Source of the DNA: a virus
Strand: one strand, 5' to 3'
Virus record (IMG/VR): IMGVR_UViG_3300043446_004967
Span: 46,898-110,897 of that record
DNA: 64,000 bases
The notes below the pieces were generated by a model. It did no database searches. It worked only from the letters and a program-made list of their open reading frames with translations, and was not told the DNA's origin. Shown here in pieces: positions 56,443-64,000 of this stretch (position 1 is the first letter of the stretch; each line of letters begins with the position of its first letter). The translations under genes and the position numbers were made by a program.

Positions 56443-56802
56443 TCAACCGACGACGCGGACAAGTACACGTTTAAGTAATTTTCTGCCTGCTTGGGTGGTT
56501 ATGCGGTTCTCCATCGTGTACGACCTTCCCGCCGAGCCACCCTTTACAAAGATCTTGGCCGTGTTTGTAGTAAACGACGTTCCGCCTAAACTAAATACAG
56601 GAGAGGGCGACGCCGCGCTAAAGTCAGGGACTATATTATCGCTTAACGTAATCTTCGTATTTGACACGTTATCTACCGTGTCGCTAGGGACAATCCACAC
56701 GGACGTCACGATACTGTCCGTGTCATAGAAAAGGCTTTCCGCCCACGAGACGCGGCAGTCCAGTTCTTCCGCGCTTCCCTTTGTTATCGTTAGGCGTTCC
56801 AT
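56443..56802 (-). CDS. phage tail-fibre adaptor-like protein
   Basis: K...E.LD...W....DSI..S.W, GG.AG.SY...NRITT..GR. Confidence 0.7.
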   Translation of the reverse strand: MERLTITKGSAEELDCRVSWAESLFYDTDSIVTSVWIVPSDTVDNVSNTKITLSDNIVPDFSAASPSPVFSLGGTSFTTNTAKIFVKGGSAGRSYTMENRITTQAGRKLLKRVLVRVVG

Positions 56803-56856
56803 AGACTACACGCTTCCGTTTTGTACTTCTAAAGTTTTACTGACATATTAGCCGCA

Positions 56857-59800
56857 TTATGCCACAAGAGTAGCGGATATTAAAGCTTTTCCCGCATACC
56901 CCCTCCCGATTGCAGCAGATATTTGATATACGGCGAAGTTTATGCTGGCCTGCGTGGCCCCGAAGTCCGTAATTTGGTCCGCCTGCGAGTAGGTGACATA
57001 CGGCGTCGTCACTTCGATTGTCCGCAAGACGGAGGTTCCCGCGAGATTGAGCACGTCCACTTCGTAAGCTTCCGTCGCTTCGTTCAATGGAACATCCCTT
57101 TTATCTTGCCATTGACCGCCGAAGCGGGTGCGGCGCTGCCACGCAAGGAATAGCGCTCCCGTGCTGATCGATTTGGTCGCCGTTAAGTTTACCGGGGACC
57201 ACGGGGTCAGCGATACGCCGGTGTAGGTAAAGGCTGTTTCCGTCGTATCGGCTAAGGTTTTCCCTACGGTTACATTTTTGTAAAAGGCAGGCGCATTTAT
57301 CGCGTCCAAAGAAACGGGGTTAGCCTGAACGGAGCTGTCCAGCAGAATAAAACGTTCCCCCGCGACATGCGTGCCTACGTACTGCTCCGTACCTTGTCGC
57401 CCTCTTAGTAGCCCAGACAAACGATAAGTATTTGAGGTTGTCTGAAGCACGGCGCTCTTGAACTGTATAAGCTCGTCTCCTAAAAGAGCCAAGTTAGCCC
57501 CGTTGAGTACGGATAGTTCTTCTTTACTTGCCAACGTTAGCGTCGAGGAGGGCAGTACGACGTCTACCGAGTTGGCGTTATCCCATGTATCCGTGATGCC
57601 TACGCCTAGGACGGTTATGGCTTGCCCAATGGTGCTATCGGTCCCGTTCGCTCCGTAGCGTGTAAACGTGCCCGACGCGGCGTCCCCCCCGTCCAGCGAA
57701 CGGTAAAGTACGCTCCCCGCCCATCCGCGCCCGGCCCCGCGTGCGGCGACACGCAAGACCCCGTTTGCGCTTGAGTCAAGAGGCAACGCCGGAATGTCGA
57801 GCAAATGAAATACGGTCTCCGTAGTCAGGGCGTAGGAAGACGTGCGGGACACCCCGCTCGCGCCGCTGTAGTAAGACTCGTAGACGGTCGGGTCTTCGGA
57901 AACTGCTTGGATTTCTTGTGCGTTCTTGGTGACGGTTGTAGATATAATTTTTGCGGGCAGCAGCCTTCCGTCTAAGTCAAGCATAACGGGGTCAGCCGGC
58001 CGCAGCCACATGTAGCTTTTAGGCAAGGTAAAGGTGTAGGTGTGACGGTTCGCCCACATAGCATACAGTAACGTATCCGCAATAGCGCGCGCTTTATCGG
58101 CGCTTAGCGTCACGGGAACTTCGACCTCAAAGGTATCCGTGGAAGACGTGGCCTGCCGGGAGGCAAGTTGCGTATTGTTTTCGTACTCCGAGTCACGGTC
58201 TACATATGTTAATGAGACGGTTTTCGGCAAGTCCAGCTCTTGTTTTCGGACGGAGGACACGGTTTTTTTTACGTCTTCCGTGAGGTCGCACACGATATCC
58301 GCCTTGGGAATGGTTACGACGGGGTCGCCGCCACGGCGGATAAACGTCAGCTTTCCGTCGGACTCCACAAGATCGAACATGTAAGTAAATTGCAACTGCG
58401 CAAGGGCGCTTCGGATGGTAGACGTATTATTTATGATAATACCGTCAATTTGCAGGTTATCGATGCCCGCCGTATCGAAGTCCTGGGAGTCATAGCCGCA
58501 CGTCGCCAGCAGGCTGTTCACTACGGTGGATAGATTAGAAAGTTCTACCTTTCCTTGTATCGCGTACCCCTTCGTATAATTTCCTGTGTCCGGCCACGTC
58601 GTCGTAAGTGTAGGCCATTGCGGGTACGGGCGAACGTCCCATTCTTGGACATAGGCTTTTGGAACAAGGTTAGAGTTTCCGGAAAGCGCATTTCGCTCTT
58701 GAAGATAGGTCAAACTCGCCCCTAAGGCGACCGTTTGTATTTCGTTGTTCGTCTTTTTTTTAGACTTGCGCGGGTACGCGCTGTCGATTGACGAGATCAA
58801 CGGCACGGCGTCCGGTTGATTCGTGGCCGCATCTACGGACGGGAATCCCAAATTCGTGAACCATATGGGTTTTTGCCGGGCGGTCCATGCGGTGGTTACG
58901 CCGGTGCGCTGACATTTCCCTCCGTATAGCCACGCACCTGACGAGCCGTCCCCCGTGTAACTTGTTGACGTGCCGTCGTGCAGGGTACATGTTAGCCCGA
59001 CGGCGGAGCCGCTTCCCGATGAGTTCGGGACTCCCTGTACTGTGATCGTGTAGAACCCGTTACCGGCTACGGCCACGGACGAAGCCGTAGAGAAGACCCC
59101 GTTACCCCCGGCGCCCGACGAAACGATACTGCCGGTCCCCGTTAAGAGGGCTTCCACGTACACGTTATTACTTGTCGCGCTGTTATCGTCAATTTTTACG
59201 ATGACGCGTGTCCGTCCCGCAGGTTTTATTTGCAGAACAAAGGTATGTTCCGCGTTTACAGGTGTGGTGATGACCTGCTGGAGCAGGTGCAGCCCTGTCG
59301 TGGCCGACTCCAAGAAAAGTTCTGCGCGTGCCCCCCCGTTGGGGTCCGCCCCATTAACCGCCGTGATAGACCCTCTTGTTTTGGTCCATGCAGCGTTGTC
59401 GAACGCGCTTACTTGCGCCGTAAGATTAGGGCCGTACCCTGGGTGTGTGTTCTCGTACCAGTATTCATGGTTTTTCCATGCATAGGTGGGAGTCGTGTAG
59501 TTTGTTTTTACAGTTCTGTTTGCGTTCCAGTAATAAGTGAACCCTTCCCCCGATTCCCAACCGGCTTTTATTTTGTCATATGTAATGTCTTTTTGCGCGA
59601 GGTCTTCCGTTAGAGGGAAGTGCGCGTTGATCCCTACAATATCTACGTTTGCGTCCGTCCATAGCGGGTCAAGGTAGAAGTCGCCGTTAAGAGAATGATA
59701 GCCGTCCCAGTCCGCCGCGCAGATGACTTTTACTGCTGGGTAAGCGGCAAGATCCGTGCCTTTAACTAAGGCGGCTAATGCTTTTAACTGTGTAACGGCA

Positions 59801-61161
59801 GGGTAAGTCCCTTCACAGAAATCTTGCCTAAGCAGCCCGTCTAGCCCGTAGCCGAGAACGATCCCGTCTATTTTATTTTTTACGCCTGTAAGGCCCGCGT
59901 AATAGCGTATAAAAGCGTTATACCCGCTCGTTCCGGTGAAGAAGGTAGCCGCGTCCGTCGGGTTTTTTGCGGTAATTCTTCTACTGTCCGGTCGTGTAGA
60001 AGCGTCAACCACGACACGCGGAAATAAGGTAACTTTTAGGTTTACGTTATTAGCGTTTTTGAGCGATTTTATATAGGTGATCGCTTCTAGTAGAGAAGTA
60101 TCCGACGGCGTACCCCCGAAAATAGCCTTTCCTCCTTCCTGAGTTAGGAGTCGTGCGGTCGAGCGAGTAAAACTACCAACCCCCCATACTTGCGGCGAGG
60201 TAGTCAGGGTTCCGATTAGACCGTACCCGCTGTCGCCGGGAAATTCGACTCCGGGCGTAATCAGTAAACTACCTGCGTCTGTCCCCGAAGCAAACCATGT
60301 TACGGGGAGTCCAATGGTGTCTATGTTGGGGAATACTGTAAGCGCTTGCCTCAACGACACCACAATATCCGCTTCTCCTCCGGGCGTATGAACGTTCAGC
60401 GTATAAGTTTCCGAGCTGGGGACCGAAAGGCCAAGTACAGTGCGAAGAACGGGCTGTGCTTTCTGGATTGTAGTGCTATAGGCGAACTCCCCATATCCCG
60501 GGGAGAGTAGTATCTGCTTTATTTTAGAATGAACCGGGTCGGTCCCGTACAGTCCGTTCTGTACCTCAAACGTAAAATTTGGGATACGGTTGCCGTAGTC
60601 CGCTAACGGGAAATTCTGCACCACGACATAGGCTAGCCCGCGAAAAGCCGGGACGTTTCCTGCGCCCTCAAAGGACTCTATGATAGGGTCCGGCAATTGA
60701 GACTCGGTTCCGAGGTAGTAGTTATAATTATCCGAAGACGTATTGAGGGTATCGGCGGTTAAAAGCTTACTGTCCGCCCATACTCGTTTAATAGCGGAAA
60801 TCGGCCCTGCGCATATAGCGATGGCGAACGTGCCGTAGTATTCGTAGGAGTCCCCTTGTGCCCCGCCGCCGAAACCTTTTCCTCCCCCTCCGGCTTTCCT
60901 TTTGTCAATGTCCCGCGCCCATATTACGTTTCCCGCAAGGCGGCCCATTCCGTACACTCTTGGAATAGGCGCCCCGTAGGAAGATATTTGGACGGTGAGG
61001 TCTTCCTTACTTGTAGGGTTTCGGTTTTTCCCCATGATGGCGTTATCGACTAGCCCACCGAGGAAACCCCCCACCATGCCGGCTATCGCTACCCCCACTT
61101 GCGGGGCACCGAAATACGTAGCGATTCCGATAGCCGCTACGCTAAAAATTGCGCGTGCCAT
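56857..61161 (-). CDS. GTA-type baseplate megatron/central tail protein
   Basis: SSYGAPIPRVYG..R.AGNVIW, PAFRGLAYVV, GNRIPNFTFEV, GTA TIM-like domain (KPIWFT..GFPSVD..TNQP), RLSGLLRGRQGTE. Confidence 0.93.
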   Translation of the reverse strand: MARAIFSVAAIGIATYFGAPQVGVAIAGMVGGFLGGLVDNAIMGKNRNPTSKEDLTVQISSYGAPIPRVYGMGRLAGNVIWARDIDKRKAGGGGKGFGGGAQGDSYEYYGTFAIAICAGPISAIKRVWADSKLLTADTLNTSSDNYNYYLGTESQLPDPIIESFEGAGNVPAFRGLAYVVVQNFPLADYGNRIPNFTFEVQNGLYGTDPVHSKIKQILLSPGYGEFAYSTTIQKAQPVLRTVLGLSVPSSETYTLNVHTPGGEADIVVSLRQALTVFPNIDTIGLPVTWFASGTDAGSLLITPGVEFPGDSGYGLIGTLTTSPQVWGVGSFTRSTARLLTQEGGKAIFGGTPSDTSLLEAITYIKSLKNANNVNLKVTLFPRVVVDASTRPDSRRITAKNPTDAATFFTGTSGYNAFIRYYAGLTGVKNKIDGIVLGYGLDGLLRQDFCEGTYPAVTQLKALAALVKGTDLAAYPAVKVICAADWDGYHSLNGDFYLDPLWTDANVDIVGINAHFPLTEDLAQKDITYDKIKAGWESGEGFTYYWNANRTVKTNYTTPTYAWKNHEYWYENTHPGYGPNLTAQVSAFDNAAWTKTRGSITAVNGADPNGGARAELFLESATTGLHLLQQVITTPVNAEHTFVLQIKPAGRTRVIVKIDDNSATSNNVYVEALLTGTGSIVSSGAGGNGVFSTASSVAVAGNGFYTITVQGVPNSSGSGSAVGLTCTLHDGTSTSYTGDGSSGAWLYGGKCQRTGVTTAWTARQKPIWFTNLGFPSVDAATNQPDAVPLISSIDSAYPRKSKKKTNNEIQTVALGASLTYLQERNALSGNSNLVPKAYVQEWDVRPYPQWPTLTTTWPDTGNYTKGYAIQGKVELSNLSTVVNSLLATCGYDSQDFDTAGIDNLQIDGIIINNTSTIRSALAQLQFTYMFDLVESDGKLTFIRRGGDPVVTIPKADIVCDLTEDVKKTVSSVRKQELDLPKTVSLTYVDRDSEYENNTQLASRQATSSTDTFEVEVPVTLSADKARAIADTLLYAMWANRHTYTFTLPKSYMWLRPADPVMLDLDGRLLPAKIISTTVTKNAQEIQAVSEDPTVYESYYSGASGVSRTSSYALTTETVFHLLDIPALPLDSSANGVLRVAARGAGRGWAGSVLYRSLDGGDAASGTFTRYGANGTDSTIGQAITVLGVGITDTWDNANSVDVVLPSSTLTLASKEELSVLNGANLALLGDELIQFKSAVLQTTSNTYRLSGLLRGRQGTEQYVGTHVAGERFILLDSSVQANPVSLDAINAPAFYKNVTVGKTLADTTETAFTYTGVSLTPWSPVNLTATKSISTGALFLAWQRRTRFGGQWQDKRDVPLNEATEAYEVDVLNLAGTSVLRTIEVTTPYVTYSQADQITDFGATQASINFAVYQISAAIGRGYAGKALISATLVA

Positions 61162-61162
61162 G

Positions 61163-61660
61163 TCAGTACGTCTCCCAGTGGCAAGGTTTAAAGCGGTACA
61201 CCGCGTCTATTTTGGCGCGCCATGATTCGTCTAAGGTATGCTCCGCAACTCGTCCCGATCTACCGTGGCAATGAAGCATGTGTAGGCTATGCGGTCCGTC
61301 CGCGATAAGGGCGACATGCTGGGGATTATCTTGAATGAGAAATAGGGCTATGTCGCCTATACTCAACGCGTCTTTAGGGACTTCCTTAAGATGCTCCGTG
61401 ATTTTCTGCTTAAACAAACTGCCGTTGGGACGCTCCCCGTAGACGGCGTGGTCGAACAAGTAAAGCGGAATACGTTCTCCTTGTGCGTCAACGACGTCGC
61501 TTAACATCCGAAGTTCGCGGACTACACCGATTAAAAGCCCAAGGCAGTCGCACCCCCCGAGATTATGCTCGTTGCGCTTAACCCTTCCTTGATGGACATA
61601 GCGCGTCCCTATCCACGAACGCGCTTCTCTTAGGAAGTCTCCGGAAGTGACGGCGGGCAT
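61163..61660 (-). CDS. NlpC/P60 tail peptidase
   Basis: ARSWIGTRY.HQGR...GCDCLGL, H. Confidence 0.92.
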   Translation of the reverse strand: MPAVTSGDFLREARSWIGTRYVHQGRVKRNEHNLGGCDCLGLLIGVVRELRMLSDVVDAQGERIPLYLFDHAVYGERPNGSLFKQKITEHLKEVPKDALSIGDIALFLIQDNPQHVALIADGPHSLHMLHCHGRSGRVAEHTLDESWRAKIDAVYRFKPCHWETY

Positions 61661-61662
61661 GG

Positions 61663-62535
61663 TTACGCCTCCGTGTCCGGCGTTGTTCCGCCCGTCTGGA
61701 ACGCTTTAGACGGCCCCGGGATGAACGGCTCGCCACGAAACCTTAGCAAGTTATTGAACACCGCTTTACAGGTCTTGCTCGTTTTATCGCAGCCGGCAAT
61801 AAAGGTTCCCGTGTCTCCCGCGCTAAGTACGTTGGGTAGCGGTAACGCCAATAAAAAGAACCCTTCTTTAAAGTATTTTATCTCGGCTTTTATCCCGTTA
61901 TTTGCGCCGGCGGTGAACGTCACGACTCCGTTTAAAAAATAGTTTTCCGGATAAGTGGTCGTATTGCTAAAGGAGTCCACGTAAAACTCTTGCGGCGAAG
62001 TTACGGAAGTCAGCGTCGCCGTAAAGGTAAAAGGCGCAAGGTTTACGCCGCATTTTGTGTCGCCCAGCTGCGCCCGGCATGACGGTGTGTACACCGCCCC
62101 AATATTTTGGCTTAATTTTTGCGTGAGCGAGCGGAACTCCATCTCGAACTCGCCTTCGGAGAATCTTACCTCGCCCATCCAGCCGCGTTTTATCAGTATG
62201 TCGCCTTGCGTTAGGTCCGTGTAGTTCACGATCCGAATTTCTATCTGCGCAAGGTCATACTTCCCTCCCAGCAGATCGCTGTCGCTGAGCTGGGCGGAAT
62301 CGAAATACCCTGTCACTTCCATATTGTCCACGGACATGTCAGATTTTTCTTCCAGCGTTGTCGCGGTAAAACCGGACTCCGCCTCGTAAGTAACGCCGTC
62401 GTACACAATGTCTCGGTCATGGTCGGTGAAACCCTTTACCACGCCGTCCGCTCGGATTATTTTAAAGAGGAACGCAAGGTACGCGCATTCTCCGCTCAAA
62501 TGTGCCTTTAAGGCAGCCCCAACAGTGCGCGGCAT
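61663..62535 (-). CDS. DUF2163 baseplate hub protein
   Basis: GFTDHDRD, CRAQLGD..C.V, GCDK....C...FNN...FRGEP.IPG. Confidence 0.93.
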   Translation of the reverse strand: MPRTVGAALKAHLSGECAYLAFLFKIIRADGVVKGFTDHDRDIVYDGVTYEAESGFTATTLEEKSDMSVDNMEVTGYFDSAQLSDSDLLGGKYDLAQIEIRIVNYTDLTQGDILIKRGWMGEVRFSEGEFEMEFRSLTQKLSQNIGAVYTPSCRAQLGDTKCGVNLAPFTFTATLTSVTSPQEFYVDSFSNTTTYPENYFLNGVVTFTAGANNGIKAEIKYFKEGFFLLALPLPNVLSAGDTGTFIAGCDKTSKTCKAVFNNLLRFRGEPFIPGPSKAFQTGGTTPDTEA

Positions 62536-63140
62536 TAGATCTTCAACTCCACAAGAGGAAGGTTAGTGATATTCATATTATTATAGCTATCCATCGTTAT
62601 ATCAAGCTCATCCGTATCGAAGCGGACAGGCGTATCGAACTCAAATGTTGCGGTAACGGTCTGCCCTAGCGCAGGGATATTGCCGGAGGTGAACGTGATA
62701 ATGCCTGTAGTATAATCAATATTGTAGTGCGTACCTTTTGTTTTCAGCGTACCGTTTACGTATACGGCCCACGCTGCGTTATTGACCGGCTTCTTGATAT
62801 CCTTAGCCGTAGCGCCGTACCATTTAGTGAGCTGAAACGTCGTTTTCGCGCCGGTTCCGGTCCCTTGCGCTTCGCCTACCCCTATAAAGTTTAGCCAGTC
62901 TTTAAACCGGAACCCCGTCGCCTTTCCTTTAACTTTATGGAAAAAGTTCTGCATGTCCGTGGCTTCCGCGCGAGTCAGTACGGTTTGGCGAACATTCCAT
63001 TTTCCCCGGGATTGAGACCAGTTGGAGACTCGGCTCTCTTTCCCCGAGTCTGAGGTTAGTACATCCGTAGAGAATTGCGGTCCCCCGGAAGACCCGTAAG
63101 AGATGTCTACGGGCATGTATTCTTCGATAAAATCGGGCAT
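62535..63140 (-). CDS. DUF2460 distal tail protein
   Basis: SYGSSGGP.FST....SG.E.R...W, GFRFKD, FEFDTPVRFDTD. Confidence 0.93.
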   Translation of the reverse strand: MPDFIEEYMPVDISYGSSGGPQFSTDVLTSDSGKESRVSNWSQSRGKWNVRQTVLTRAEATDMQNFFHKVKGKATGFRFKDWLNFIGVGEAQGTGTGAKTTFQLTKWYGATAKDIKKPVNNAAWAVYVNGTLKTKGTHYNIDYTTGIITFTSGNIPALGQTVTATFEFDTPVRFDTDELDITMDSYNNMNITNLPLVELKI

Positions 63141-63142
63141 GG

Positions 63143-64000
63143 CTACGCATTCCTTTTTGCGGAGGCAATTTTAGAGGCCACTTGAGTAAAGATTTGGTTG
63201 GAACTTCTGTTGAATCCGGAAACATCCGGGGAGGAGATGTTAAAGATATACGTGTCTCCCCCGGCCGTTCCTCCGTAGGACATCCTGCCTCCCCCCGCTA
63301 GAGCCGGCACGCCTGCCGCGTTTCCTTCTCCAAGGAGAGCGGATACCCCGGCTTCGGCAATGCTGCCGAGCATTCCCCCCATCATACTGCCCCCGCCGGA
63401 TTTCCACGGCATGGCGTCTCCGAGGTCAATCTCTCCTCCCCATTTCCACGGCATCGCCGTGCCAAGGTCCGCGCCCCCGCCTCCTTCGAACAGACTGCCG
63501 AATATGCCGCCTAACCCGAATTGTTTGTCCGGCACGATGCCTAGTCGTCCGCTTGGCAGACGCGTAACGGGAAAAAGCTTACCGTTGACCGCTTCTATCG
63601 CAAGTCTGTTCCCGTCTTTACGTAAGGGCATGATCGCTTCAGGACCGGCTTCGCCTAAAACACCCAATCCGCCTTCCTTCATAGAGAAAGCCGTCGGACG
63701 CTCTATGATGCCTTTTCCGCTTTCTTTCAGTGCGCTAATGGCACCTAGGTCAAAGGCTGCGCCCTTAGCGAACCGGCGTATATCCGGCATTCCTCGGGAA
63801 AACGTTGCCCCTTTAGCAAATCCGAAGAAGCTCATGGCGGAGCCGAAAGCCCCGGAAAGCATGTCTATGAGGTCCCCGCCGGATTTCCACGGCATGGCGT
63901 CTCCGAGGTCAATCTCTCCTCCCCATTTCCACGGCATCGCCGTGCCAAGGTCCGCGCCCCCGCCTCCTTCGAACAGACTGCCGAATATGCCGCCTAACCC
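63143..64000 (-). CDS. tape measure protein, C-terminal part (runs off the window)
   Basis: FAKGA.F, PT.F....GLG.LGEAGPEAIMPL, NISSPD..GF.RS..QI. Confidence 0.88.
   Translation of the reverse strand, partial: GLGGIFGSLFEGGGGADLGTAMPWKWGGEIDLGDAMPWKSGGDLIDMLSGAFGSAMSFFGFAKGATFSRGMPDIRRFAKGAAFDLGAISALKESGKGIIERPTAFSMKEGGLGVLGEAGPEAIMPLRKDGNRLAIEAVNGKLFPVTRLPSGRLGIVPDKQFGLGGIFGSLFEGGGGADLGTAMPWKWGGEIDLGDAMPWKSGGGSMMGGMLGSIAEAGVSALLGEGNAAGVPALAGGGRMSYGGTAGGDTYIFNISSPDVSGFNRSSNQIFTQVASKIASAKRNA
63391..64000. repeat. exact in-frame direct repeat of at least 127 bp (63391-63517 = 63874-64000)
   Basis: offset 483 bp = 161 codons. Confidence 0.9.

Noticed and set aside
22659-62000. Numerous + strand ORFs antisense to replication and tail genes
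   Set aside because: Shadow ORFs of GC-rich genes that have clear motifs on the minus strand
56857-64000. Gene transfer agent cluster
   Set aside because: Linked to a complete phage replication module and an early region, so this is a phage with GTA-type tail genes

Overview
A 64 kb segment of a tailed dsDNA phage, probably infecting an alphaproteobacterium (RcGTA-type distal tail/hub/NlpC/megatron genes; a consensus parS site). Almost all genes are on the minus strand. Layout: (1) 1-22.6 kb is an early/accessory region of small genes. Many sit behind a repeated sigma70 promoter whose -35 lies inside a 17-bp palindrome, and the region has phased A-tract arrays and a repeat-rich non-coding block. 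(2) 22.7-44.4 kb is a DNA metabolism module: two C5 methyltransferases, RuvC, Cas4-like nuclease, RecA, SF2 helicase, SSB, primase, UDG-PolA, DnaB, loader and initiator. (3) 44.5-51.8 kb holds a Ycf46-AAA/DUF1257/DUF2997 cluster, two degenerate ABC ATPases, a dCMP deaminase and a tRNA(CAU). (4) 51.9-64 kb holds lysis and tail genes. The best candidate for an undescribed system is at 18.6-21.95 kb. A promoter precedes three ~83-nt Y-RNA-like stem-loops, two ending in anticodon-like loops (CU-UGU-AA, CU-UGA-AA). They lie upstream of an internally deleted mini-Ro60/TROVE gene, and a nearby Suv3-like helicase carries the same C-terminal peptide as that Ro60. Other highlights: a dnaX-like -1 frameshift signal that would join a membrane protein to an M23 peptidase, a perfect parS, a PtuA-like ATPase with a triplicated C-terminal domain, a serine-less ACP mimic, a DUF1778-like tail on RuvC, and a methyltransferase broken by a (GCCCT)3 repeat. 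Family calls come from motif recognition by eye; no database searches were run.
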